Source: Paraspadella gotoi (lineage: Eukaryota; Animalia; Chaetognatha). From it: a stretch of 64,000 bases of DNA. Below, in pieces: positions 11,812 to 24,220 of the stretch. The notes under the pieces were generated by a model that saw only the letters and a list, made by a program, of their open reading frames with translations, ran no database searches and was not told the DNA's origin. The position numbers and the translations under genes are program-made. The stretch spans positions 17,186,278 to 17,250,277 of the forward strand of contig CM119264.1 in NCBI GenBank assembly GCA_051294375.1, given 5' to 3'. Every line of letters starts with the position of its first letter. The first letter of the stretch is position 1.

Positions 11812-14800
11812 GATAAGAGAGAGAGAAAATAAAAGAAAGGGGGGTTAAAAAGGAGGGAAAGGCAAAAACGCGGCGGATGGCATTAGAGAAAAATTCATTT
11901 CCTTTTCCCCGTTTCACCCCGTCGGTTTTCAAAAGAACAATTTGCATAATTTTTGTCCGGATGAGAGACACAGAAAGAGAGAGTAAGAGGCGCACATCTT
12001 TTTCTCTCTGAGAAACTATTCATACCGTTTTCAGGGAAACGTTCTCTTCCTCTGAGAATATCATGCAGTGAAACCCTTTTTTTTTTTTTACTTTGCGTCG
12101 CGGAAAAAAAAGAATTCTTGACTATTTCATTCTCGAAGGATTGTTGCGTTATGACGGATCGATGCCTCGCGTTGGCGTCTTTGTGAATTAATCCTCCACT
12201 TCGCAAGAGACCGATGTGACACTCATGAAATTTTATGATGGAAAAAAATTGTTCATGAAGCTATGACGTTGCGAATTTATTTTTATGGCGTTTTATCATT
12301 TAAACTGGCGACATTTTGTTTTTATGGAGACCTAAAATTTTTTCGTGATTTACTATTAGTTATTTCCACTTTTTCTCTGATTAACGTTCAATTGAGAGAA
12401 AAAGTGAGAATTTTAATTTCTTTCCTTTAAAGAAAATAAAATCGTTCTACGACTGATATCGTGGTCAAGAATTTCATCCTCTATTTTTATTCATAATATT
12501 TATGATATAAAACTGATAGAAAACAATACGACAAATCAACTTTTTAGTCTTTCATCGAATAAAGCAAAGAGTGACGAAAGACGATAACAAATAGAGTGAA
12601 ATGTCAAAGGATATCAGAAAAAATGATCGGCGTCGACTTGGCATGGTAAGCCGCGGTCGTCCGTATCCAGAACAAAAAAAAACTTAGAACCGATGAATAG
12701 ATCTGTCAACATATAGATAAGCTTGTCACATTTCACAATGCTACATACACTTCCGACTAATAAAAGGGTAATTCTAAAATTATCGAATTACGGTAAATAA
12801 CAGCGAATAATTGTCTGTTTTTAAAATTAGCTTACCCAAATGAAAAAGGTAAAGAAGAAAACGAGGCATTTGAGGCAAGTCTGCAGCATCGCCATCTTGA
12901 TTCGATTTCGGATTTTGTTGCATCAACTTTTTAGTTTCGTATCTTCTTTGGTTTTTCACGTTTTCGATTTTTTGTCTTGAGATGTTTATTGGAGCGAGGA
13001 TTGCGGTATCGCTGGTTCGGTCGGTATTCACGGCATTGTCCAATGTCCAAGTCCTCAGGATTTGGGAATCTGTCAATTTTAATAAAAAAAAGAGTGTTTA
13101 ATGATCAAATTTAGAAATAACGACATTTTATATCGTAACTATTTTAATTTGTTTTTAACCTAAATATTTACATTTTATTTAGTGGGGAAAATTTGTTTGG
13201 CTATATACAAATGAAAATGTTTTTTTAATTCTAAACATAAGCGTTAAGCTTACTTTCAAATATCATTTGTATTATATATAGGGGCTTTAACTTTAAGTTT
13301 AAATTTGATTTAAATTAAATAAATATTCAGACATGTAGAATTAATAATATTTAAAATAAAAATGGTATTGGTATTACATGAGTGTGGCCATGTTTTGTTT
13401 TTTTGTATTTTTTTTTTTTTTTTTTGGTTATCGCTTATTGGTTAATGGTCATGGCGCCGATCGGAAGTCTATCATTTCAAGACGAAATCTTAAAGGTAAA
13501 TATTAAAGCGGTCTGGAGCCTCAGGTGGTGCCGGTGCCGATGTCAAGTCATAAGAACGATGATAAGAAAAAGAGGGACCGAATTTGTGTTCAGTAAAACT
13601 CTGAAGCAGAAGACAAGTGAGAGCCGTCGCTGGGGAAAGGATATCCTATTGGAGCTGAACCATGCTCCCTTTCCCTGCTTTTTTCTTTTCTTCTTTAGGG
13701 CCGGTTTACGCCCAAGCTTACTGCCTGCCCGCCGAAGCAGAATTCGGCGGCATCACCTATTCCAGAGACCAAAAAATTAGACGATGAGTTCAGCTTTTAC
13801 ATCACTCAAAAAGACATTTCGGCATATTGCGCGGGGATCGTCTAATAAAGCGCGATTCAAACAAAAGGTACCGCCAAGGACCGCCAGGGTAACAGTGAAA
13901 ACGGAGATGTGCCAAAAAACTTTGGAATGTTGAGAGGTTCCCGTATAAACTTCAACGAGTTAAATTTGTTTTGTATGATAACCGTTTTTATTTCACTGAC
14001 AACTATGGACATCATTCTACATCGCGAGTTTTCAAAAGGTACATGAAATTAATAAAGCATAGAAAAACATTTTTTTTTAAATTTCCGTTTAAAAATCGTA
14101 CTCGGTTCAAAATTTTATTTTGATTTAGCATCCCACCTCGAAAAAAGAGAAGAGTCGTGTAATCCAGCTGGGATCGCTGTGGGAGATTAATAGTCGGTGC
14201 CCGAAGGCTCGATCCTGCGATCCTGCGAAAGGTCGAACCCGAAGATGTTTATCACGGATTCTTGAGCAGAGTAGGTGCGAGGGAGATCACCGCTCCCCTC
14301 ACAGACGACGAAGTGAGAAAGGGGGAGAGTGAATAAGGGTTAGAAAGTTACGGGGATTCGCGGTGACGGAGAGAACGAAGAATCAACTTTTTATGTTCGG
14401 TCGGTTGACAGTTGTTAAGGATTGTGAAGTTCGGAAGAACGAACGAGGGCAGTAGTAATCCCACCGAGACGCTCGAAGCAAAGATTGACGCAAGTTTCTT
14501 TGGCCCAAGGGAGACGAAGGGACGCCTTTTATTTGCAAAACGAAGAACAACTATTTTTTTAAAAAAATATTACATTCAATTTAACTGTTAAAATTATTAA
14601 CAGATTATTTAAACAAAAAATTAATATAATTTGGTGAAACGTTGGACAAAGGCAATAAAACGTCAAAAGTTTTAGTTTTTAAAAGTTTACGCACGAATTG
14701 ATTACTTTTTTGTTTCAAAACTATCCTTGGTTCCGAAAGAATTTTCGAAACGGTAAAAGTTTTTGGGTTTTTTTTTTCGCGCCCAGCCGCTGAGCAGTTG

Positions 14801-15548
14801 CTGGATGGAGGGAGGTTTCCTTGAAAGGCAGACGCACGGACAAGTGGCCGGGTTATTGAGTCTGCCTTCACATGAAGAGGAAGGGAGAAGGAGGGGGAGG
14901 AGGAGGAGGAGGAAGAGCAGGGAGAGCGTCAACGAGGACGACGACGTGGAAAACGATGAAAAAGGAACGATGGATAAAGACTTTTAAGGAATACGGAGTC
15001 TTTCACGGTAAATCGGGAACGAGTAGAATGTCGCGTGAACGCCTAATTTTCTACAATGGTAAATCTATTACGGACATGAAAAGTTGGCTTTAAAATTGAC
15101 TGTTTAAATTTTTTGTTATTCACATAATTATAGTCTTCCTCATACGAATATTCATCATCAACATCTTATCACAAAGACCACATTTATATTTATATTTATA
15201 ATTATTCGTATCAACAACAACAATCTTCTCCAATTATCCAAATACATTATTATACAATATACAGCTCGTATCATCATCGAAATAATTATTATCTGCAATA
15301 CGCTTCTTTTTTATTTTAATCCTCTCTAATACGTAACCGAAATTTTTGCCCTTTACGATTTAGGCTTTTATTATTGTGATCACTATATTACGTATTACAT
15401 ATAAGAGAAAAAACGGATAATCCATAAAATTATTTTGTTTTTTGCCGTCGTTAAAATGTATATCTCTTAATACAATTATTCTAATAATAAAACTGTCCTG
15501 ACTAGGTAGGTATGTGGATAAGGCGTTAAGTGGACTGATGATGACTTC

Positions 15549-15730
15549 TATAACACCCTGTAGCAACCATGGATGGGGTCCAGGGCTTTGAACCAGGCTT
15601 GGGAGTTTGCCACGAGCCCCAAGGCGGCTTACGGCTACGCTTACGGCCACGATACCTGGAGGTTAAGGATTGAACCCGGTACCTAGTGGTCACGAGCTGA
15701 TGGCTTTACTCAATGAGCCAGAGGGTCACA
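15549..15730 (-). mobile_element. tRNA-derived SINE-like or short LTR-like element with Pol III A/B boxes
   Basis: Minus strand: A-box-like TGGCTCATTGAG (15720-15709) and B box GGTTCAATCC (15676-15667) 44 nt apart; ends TGTGACCC...GGGTGTTATA resemble LTR inverted termini; no clean TSD. Confidence 0.5.
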
Positions 15731-18555
15731 ACTGAAAGTGTCATGCTTATAGGCGGGGTGAACCTAGGCAATGCCCGACTACAGGTACATGTTGCTTGCC
15801 TGTTTTGTTTAACACGATACTGTGGTTAGTAACTAAGTTTATTATACGATTCGTTTAGCAACTCGCCCTTTTTTTGGCCCCCTGATTGGTTTTTGCGGTC
15901 TCCAGAATGGTTATTCCCGAGCCCCCATTGTCTGATCGACTTTGTTGTCCGCCCAATCAGTTTTTCTTCGCGCTTAAATGGGCTTTGCCGGTCGCCTGAT
16001 TAGATTTTCCAGCCGCCTGATTTTTATTTGCCAGACTCATGATTGATTTGTCAGCCACCTGATTAATGTTTTTCGTCCGTCCGACTAGTTTTGGTAGTGA
16101 CTCACTCTCACTAAGCCCAAGAACTCCCGCGCATGTTTTTTTCAAAATGATACGGGCGAGTTGATCTGCGACTTGCAGCGATTTCGTCTCGGTGTAAGAT
16201 ATAATTGGTCAAAAACAGAGGAGGTCGCTACTCTCATCTTACAGTGTGAATAGCTGGGTCTGGGAGACTTTTCCGTCAGTTGCCTTTCCTCAACTTCGGA
16301 CCCGAGGGTTTGAACGTCCCATCTCAATTTTACTAGGAACGTTCCGACAAAGGGTAGAACCCGGGTCCATTGCTTTCGGAGATGAAGCTTTACCCCATAT
16401 TCGATGGATAGTAATACTATGTCATATTAGCTCATTTTACTCATATTACGTGATCAAAAAATAACTAACTTATTTAATCTAAAAACATATGATGAAAATC
16501 TGAATCAGATATCCGAAATTAAAATTATTTTATGAAATTGATACAACCAATATAAATATAATTTTGATAATTTTCTATTTTAACTTTAAGGTAAGTTTTT
16601 TTATTGATATGTTATTATTAGAGCAGGGATCGAACCAGGGACCTTTCCAATCGAAAGCATTTTGTCGCTTTCATTTTTTCCTCTTGGTTCTTTTGTTCCT
16701 TTTCAACCAAAAAAGAATTTTTCCTTCCGTTTTCGTGCTTACATTCCCTCGTCTAGAATTGACCAGCGTTTTTGTCGTCCAGCCAACGGGAAACGCATCG
16801 CTTCCAAACTCAACTCCTTTGTGTATGGCGTCCACCGCCTATTGGTACACGTCGACACGAACTCGTTCGGGTCCCTCCGCGCCCCTCCCCCCCTTTCCGA
16901 TGCCCTCCTCCCTGCCTCATGAGTCGCGCCATCGGCACGAAACCCTGAAGAATCTCTGGAAACGTCGGCGGGAACGGGGACGACGCTGAGGCTGTCGGCT
17001 GCGTCTGAGGCGGAGATCGCTGCGTCGTTGAATTTCTAAAAAACGTAAAACGAGACTCTCTCTGGTCGTGGAAGAAGGCGAATGATATCATTTTATAAGA
17101 ACCTGTATCGAAAAGCGTCAAGGCAAACGCTTAAAGGGAGGGGTTAGAAAGATCCAAGGAAAAATAACATCTCACGGATTCGTGTACGAAACTAAAATAA
17201 AAAAAAAACAAACGAATCGTTTTTAAAGATTTTTCATCGTCGCCGTAGACAAAGCAAAATATCGTGGTTTACACCATTGAAAGATTACGGTACAGCGACA
17301 AAAAGATTAGTTTCATTCGTAAATAATTTCGCCGTCGTCGTCTATGTTTGTCGTCATCATCGTCGATGACTTGGTCTAATTTCCGTCTTTATTTATATTT
17401 TTATTTATCCTCTTCATAATTTATGAATATTTTTTTTTCCCCGATACAAAGTAACACTTTTTTAACGTTTTTTAATCGTGGCATGACCTGCTCAAATTTA
17501 AAAAGATGTTTTTAAAACTTTTAACTAAAGAACTAAGTAAATTCAATAATAATTTGTTCGCCGTGCCTGTTTTTTTTAAAGTCTTTCTACCTGGTGCCAC
17601 GAGCTTCACTTTTTACATATTATATAGGCGAAAGAGAAAAAAATCAAAAAAAAAAAATGAAATCATATAAAACAGAAGCCCCTTTGTCGTACTACCAATG
17701 AGACCGGTTCAGCGCTTCTTGAAATGATATAGCTTTTATGTATTCTTCTATCATGTTTTCTCTTCTTATGAATGCATGACGTTTAAATCATCTCCTTATT
17801 TTTAGTTCCTTTAATATTTTGATTTAGTCGATTACTAAGTATTCTTTTTTTTTTGTTTTGAACCGGAATGAATACGAAAACCGAAATTCGTGCTTTTGAA
17901 TTCGAATCGAATTTATCTGTGTAACTTTTTAAATAAAAATGTTTAATGTTTATTGAGTATCTGCTTAAATGACAATGATAAAGATTTATTTTACTTTGGT
18001 TTTTCTAGTTGCTTTACTGTGCTTTATAATGATAAAATCAATATCGAGTATTTTTCTCACACATACGCAGACTATTTTTCGATAAACAAAAACGGCTCGA
18101 CTTTCCGTCCTGATCGCTTTCCTCATTTAAAATTCAAATCATATTCCTGTTCAACGCCCTGTCTTAACAAATCTACGAATCTAAAAACAACACTGTTTAC
18201 CTGTATCTGGAAAAACAGTCAATCGTACGATAAAACGCGTTCGAAATTGATTTCTAGTTGTTGATCAAAAATTGTCAATGATCAAAAATTCCCCTCTTCC
18301 GCTTACGAAACACTTTCTTTGTGAATATAAACAAGTTTAAAAATTTTGTAGAGAAAAAAAAAATTCCGTTTGGATTTAAATCGTTACGTTTGGTCGATTT
18401 TTCTCTTGCATAAAAAAAATTTTAGAATGATAAAAAAGTAAAATAAACAAAATCGTAAAGAAGCCAAAAAAAATATTATTATATTTATTGCTACTACACT
18501 TCCCGTCGTGAGAAAAACAACAGTATAAAAAGACAAAGAAACGCGACCAACATCC

Positions 18556-21500
18556 ATGATGGGTTGTGGCCATTCTGACATTTCTGGACAGGAGTGCGAG
18601 TACGAGCTACAGACTTGCTCTGGTCATGAGGCGGGAATTAACTGTATGGCACTCAGTGACGATGAGTCCCTTTTGGTCACTGGCAGCGAAGACAACACGG
18701 CCAGGATGTGGACAACCAAGACCAAAAAGTGCGAGTGCATTGGCGTGCTAAGAGTAAGTAATTATAGGTTTTTGTTTGTTGAATTGCTTAATAGATAACT
18801 GGACTGAAAAGCTTTTTGGGATGTTTACTCAACAGTAAAAATAAATTAATTTCACGGGAATGAAAGAGCCAAAAAGGAAAACAAGAACGGTAATTCAAAT
18901 GTGTTGCGCTGCAGTGACTGCCTTATCACAAGTATTTATCGTGACATGACATCATATCACGAGACATAACATGACTACATGACTACAATAACATTCTTAG
19001 CCCATATATTTATGACATGCACTGCATCAAAATTCCGTCTTTTATTTATTTTTATTTTTCAGATTTCCTGAAGGCGGCGCTAGCAGTCCCTTAGGCTTAG
19101 ATTTAAGATTTTTTTCTGTCTTAACAAAAGAGCAACCAACTATATGCAAATTATGTGCATTTTAACTTAAGTGGGAGAGACCAACGAACAGACATACCAA
19201 CCGACCGACCGACCGACGGACCGACCGACGGAAAAGTGACTTAAACAGTACTTATAGCGGCGCAACTAAAAAGAAAAAAAAAAGTACATCAAAACAAAGA
19301 AAAAGAGAGAAATAGTATTAGTACAAGCGATTACAAAAAAGATTAACATTTTTTGCTAAGAAATTAATTAGTCTGAAACATTTTCCTACTAAGCTCAGTA
19401 GCAGCTCTTTAACAAAAGGGATTTGGAATGCGAATAAAATTTTAAAAACAAGTGTAAAAAGGAGTGGGGAAAAAAAGAGAGAAAAGAGAAAAAGAGGGAG
19501 AAAGACGGAAGGAGGAGAAAACACGTAGCGCATAATCATCATCGTCTTTTTATCCTCCCTCTCGTTATTCCAGGGTCACAAGGGTTACATCTCGAGCGTG
19601 GCCATGAACGAAAATTTCGTAATTACGGGTTCGTCAGACGCGACTGTGAGGATTTGGGACATCACGACCTGCGAGTGTGTTCACGTCTGCGTAGGTAGGG
19701 AGTTACCCTCAACCTGATAACCGATAAAAATTAACTAGATATCGAGTGACGGTATTATGGGAGTATTATGTACTCCCATTCTTTTCGCTCTTTCGTCTTC
19801 ACCCTAGTTTTAAAGTCAAAGCTAAAATTAGCATTAAAGAAAAATAAAGCAGAAAAAGAGATGGTTCAAAGGATAGAAGGATGATTAGAAGGGTATCGAA
19901 ACAAAGTTATGTTAAAACGTAAAAGATTATTTAACAAAGATAAGGAGAAAAAAATACCTTCTGTCTTAAAATTCAAAAAAACCTATGTTTCCAGAAGGAA
20001 GTAAGCAGAAAAAAACAGATGTCAGGTATGCTCCGCCTTGGAAAACAAAAGATTTCAAAATGTTAAGAAACACAACTAATATCTTTATTTATTACATTTC
20101 ATTGGCTTTATGAACCACATTTTTCGAATACTTTTTTAATTTACTTTAAATTATCGTAGTAGTCAGAGAGGATCAGTAAAAAAAATTTAATGAATTTGTA
20201 AATAGTAGAGGTAAAACAAAAATACCGTTTGAGATTTTCGATAAATCAAAACAATCTCTCAAAGGATCTTTTTTAAAATTAGCCTAATTTTTTGTTCAGG
20301 TTCTATTTCTGTAGAGAAAATAGTTCTAATTCCAGTTTATGTCTTAAATTAAATTCATATGCATGTTCAAAACGGTTTTAATAGAGAGATTTTCACTGGT
20401 CAAATGGTCATGAGACTATTCCCTATTTTCACGATTTACATCTCCCATAAATTTTCTTTCACTCGTAGATTTTGCATACAGGTCACCTCGGGATGATCAC
20501 TCAATTGATTACCTACGGAAATTACGTATTTAGCGCCTCTTATGACCGGACGGCTCGATGCTGGGAATTAGACACTGGAGATTATCTGCGCGAGTTTAAA
20601 GGTCACACACACGCCATTATCCCCATGATCTTCATCGAGAAAAAGGCGGACCCGCCCCCGAAAGAAAAATCACCTACCCCGCCACCAGGTAGAGCCGAGA
20701 TGAACAAAGTAAAAAAGGTCCAAATTGACCATTTCTCGAGCCAGGTTCTTTCCAAAATTTAAATGACCATTATTAAAAGGGCTATTAATCATTTCTGTAA
20801 ATAAAAAATAAATCAAGACAAGAAACATAATCTAACAAGAAAAGCACATAATTTCATTTTTCTTTTGTCCTAACTTTGTTATAATTTCTTCCACTTTTAG
20901 TCATGGAGGAGGAAACTGGAAAAAAAAAGAAAAAAAAGAAAAAGAAAAGTCAAGAAGATCCGGACGCCATCACTCCAGCGCCAGAGGAAGAGAAAAAAGA
21001 GGAGGTCGACGAATACGCCATCTTTTTCGATCACGTCCTTATAACCGGCTCAACGGGTAAATCTGTAAAATAATACTAGTTGTGTCATCTCCCGAGAACT
21101 AATTTATGATGCTTATTCTAACATAAACCCTTTTCAAGCACTACCAGTTTTTATTTTTTGTAATATTAATCCTTGCAAAGCAAAGTAAAATGATGATTAA
21201 TCATGTTGACTGTTGCAGACTCTACAATTCGACTTTACAACATGCATAAAAAGAAGACTCAACGCCTGTATGAGGGGCACGAGGGTCCAGTCCTTTGCAT
21301 GGCGACGGATCCGAAGGAGACCCAACTGTTCTCAGGGTCGCAGGACTCTAAGATTATCAAGTGGGACATTGCCAAACAGGAGATTCTCAAAAAGATTGAA
21401 GCTCACCAGTCCTCCGTACTCACTCTCACGGTGCGCTCCTAATTTTTCTTTTTTTTGTGAGGCCGGTGAAAGAGCTCTCTCTCATCTGGAAAGAGCTATT

Positions 21501-24220
21501 ATAAAATAAAAAAATGTTAAATTAATAAATGATAGTCAGGGGCAAGATAGCTTGTTTATTAAATGAATGGATAATTTTTATATTGGTTGTACCAATTTCA
21601 TATGTATATGTGCTTAAAATGTTATCATTATTTCAACAATTTTTGTAGAACCTTCTCTCCAATTAGGTTGTCAAAAGCTTCTTGTACTCTGGAAGTGCGG
21701 ATCACACTGCCAGGTCGTGGGTCTCCGACTTCGGCGACCTTCACCGCGTCTATCGTGGTCACTTCCACACTGTCGGCGTTGTCAAATGGCACAACGGCCT
21801 CAGTGAGTTTCCAAAAGTAGTGTGCAAAATTTGGCGTGTGCGGGATTGATGAGAAAGTGGGTACTTCGTCCTCCCTACTTGGGACCCAAGTAGCTCAGAC
21901 ACAGGGATGTTTAAAATTTCCTCCACGCTTTGCGTTGGAAAAGGGGGGACATGCCCACGGTGGTGAGGCCGTTTTTGTTCTCCTTCAAGTGACCACTAAC
22001 CAACATTTTAGCTATACCACAATATACTACTGAATCTCTTTAAAATTTAAAAATGTAGTTTTTACCGGAAGTGGTGACACATCAGCGCGCTGCTATTTCG
22101 CCAAAACTGGCGAGTTTCAGCGCCACTACACCGGTCATCTACGAGCAGTGTCGTGCTTGGAGGTTTTTTACTATCTTTTTTAAATAATAATCCATAACTT
22201 GAGCTTCAGAAATTGAATAATTAAAACCAGCGAATGCTATGGAAAAACATTAAAAAATATCGATAACCCGTGAAGTAAATATTACTTTGCTGACAGGTAT
22301 ACTTTCAATGCGATTATTCCAAAGTAAAATTTCGAAAGCGGCAAATTTCTTCTCTGTTTTCTTTTCATCGCATTCGCTAACTGTTTTTATTCGATTACTT
22401 TTGCTCCCGCTTTTCTAGACACGCTTCTTCCACTACTTTTAAAAACAATTGACAATCACCTAATCAGTAATCACGCTTAAGATTTTAACCAACTATACAT
22501 ACTTTTTTCACATTTTTGGGGGTCTTGCGTCGATTGTCTTCTTTCCACTTTTCCCGCGCGCGGATTCCCACACTGTCGTTTTCTGATTGGTGGTCCCAGT
22601 CGTGACGGGAAGCGGGGACACATCATCAAGAATATATTCCGCAAAAACGGGTCAGTTGATGCGGACACTCACAGGGCATTATTACGGAGTCAATGCGGTG
22701 GAGGTCAGTTTAAGCGACGTACTAGACTTAGTTGTAGCTTACGGTTATCGTATTGGAAAGGGAGATTATAAAAATAATCACGTTATAATCATTTGCAAAA
22801 TATAATTTGTCACTGTGATTAGACCTAAAAAAATAAATATTTTTACAGAGAGGAAGAAGAAAGTTTTTTTTTGAGAATTTTGTTGATTTTCTTTATTTAC
22901 TTTCGTCTGCAGACTGAATATTATTTAGAAATTTTTTTTTTCTGTTATAGAAATACGTGTGATCAAATTTTAAATTCGTCACTCACTAAATCCGGTTTAA
23001 GCCGTTTGGCTCCACAATTTCTTTTTTGCATTAGTCACGCTATATAACGATCCACAAATGAATTTCGACGTCGAAACGATTTTCTTCTAGATGAACTTAA
23101 CCTTTCTTTCTCTCCCCCCCCCTGACAAAATGTTTACATTTCAGGTGGTAGGAGATAAGGTATTCACAGGATCTTACGACGGAACGGTCAAAGTGTTCGA
23201 CTGCTCGGGGCTTCAAGACGACACCGCGAAAAAACGAGAAGAGATCGCCAAAATGAAGGAAAAGATCGCCAGGACAGAAGTCAGCGTTAAATCCAAGGTG
23301 AAGATTTAAACAGTGAAAATTGGGATTGGCTGAACGATCACGGATGAATATAGAGTGTGAATATACCGCCACAGGATCCCCGGGTCAAGACATCACTCAG
23401 GTTCCTCAAGCCTGAGAGGTGTCTGACAAGACTGTTACCATAGTGGGAGAGAGTGAGAGAGCGCGAGTTGTGGGGGCATCTGTCGTAGGCGTTTGTCGTA
23501 GCGTACCCTGAGAAGGTTTCGCGTTTGGGACGGGGCATCTGACTGTTAGCTTCGGGGGCTTCCAACCCTCAGTGACACCTCCTGTCACTGGCGCGGTTAC
23601 CCTAGAACGGTCTCGCTTTGCCAGTGCATAGGGAAGTCGTGAGGACTGTGGATTTGACGACTTAGACATCTTCACAAAAAAAATTTATTTCAAGTTGTTA
23701 ATAAAGATCAATTTAAATACCATTTTAACAGAAAAAACGTCAAACATTTCTCTATCTAATAAAAAAAAAAGTTTACGTTTTTGTAGATGCAGTAAACCGT
23801 GTAACAGGATTTGGCTTACGGGGTAACTCTCATTCTGTTAAAAAAACACAAAATAATTTAAAAAAATTGAAATCAGCGTGTACTAAAACTAAATCAGTCT
23901 AAATTCTGGACTGATTTTACCATGAACCAACTCTATTAATGTATTTTAAGCTAACAGTCAACATATGACCAATTAACCATTCTCCTGTTACCTTTCACCT
24001 TTCTCCCTCCCGCATCGAGGTTCGGGACGAAAACGCCAACGGCGAATTGTCTCCCTACGACGAATCCGCGCTTGGGATTGTCTACGAATCAGAGACACAA
24101 ACGAAGACCGGCGCCGATGGAACCATAAACGGCGTAATGGTCAACGGTCTCGCGGCGCCGTCCGAGGCGGCGACGAAAAAGAAAAAGAAGAAGAAAAAGC
24201 AGAATCAAGTGCAACCGTGA
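18556..24220 (+). CDS. WDR86: WD repeat-containing protein 86-like (spliced)
   Basis: GT-AG exons with consistent phase: 18556-18753, 19574-19694, 20482-20688, 20901-21056, 21219-21430, 21667-21802, [22059-22162 OR 22600-22703], 23145-23297, 24020-24220. Repeats such as GHEAGINCMALSDDESLLVTGSEDNTARMW, FSASYDRTARCW, LYSGSADHTARSW and FTGSGDTSAR follow the WDR86 blade order as recalled. The last junction is less certain. Confidence 0.85.
18879..19272 (+). mobile_element. Non-autonomous Helentron/HINE-like element (WDR86 intron 1)
   Basis: AACAAGAACGGTAATT start, subterminal inverted repeat GTTGCGCTGC...GCGGCGCAAC, (GACC/GACG)n microsatellite and A-rich end; second copy at 44420-44628. Confidence 0.65.
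21535..21602 (+). repeat. Truncated copy of the small MITE-like repeat at 37503-37585
   Basis: GTCAGGGGCAAGATAGCTTGTTTATTAAATGAATGGATAATTTTTATATTGGTTGTA is near-identical to the sequence starting at 37503. Confidence 0.75.
22059..22162 (+). CDS. WDR86: WDR86-like alternative exon 7a
   Basis: 104 nt, phase 1 to 0, flanked by AG and GT; encodes IFTGSGDTSARCYFAKTGEFQRHYTGHLRAVSCLE. Confidence 0.8.
22600..22703 (+). CDS. WDR86: WDR86-like alternative exon 7b
   Basis: 104 nt, phase 1 to 0, flanked by AG and GT; encodes IVTGSGDTSSRIYSAKTGQLMRTLTGHYYGVNAVE. Confidence 0.8.
23323..23653 (-). mobile_element. Truncated/permuted copy of the twister LTR element (last intron of WDR86-like)
   Basis: Clear similarity to 56840-57577 (for example GTGTGAATATACCGCCACAGGATCCCCGG, AAGACATCACTCAGGTTCCTCAAGCCTGAGAGGTGTCTGAC); the PBS and adjacent LTR end are deleted. 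Confidence 0.9.
23545..23625 (-). ncRNA. Type-P5 twister ribozyme (variant copy)
   Basis: UGGC-AAA-GCG-AGA-CCG-U-UCUAGG-G-UAAC-CGC-GC-CAGUGACA..UGUCACUG-A-GGG-UUGGAAGC-CCC-CGAA-GCUA; core pairings retained through G-U wobbles; predicted cleavage between 23599 and 23598. Confidence 0.75.

Noticed and set aside
15535-15541. CUGAUGA hammerhead core word
   Set aside because: No nearby GAAA or stem II/III.
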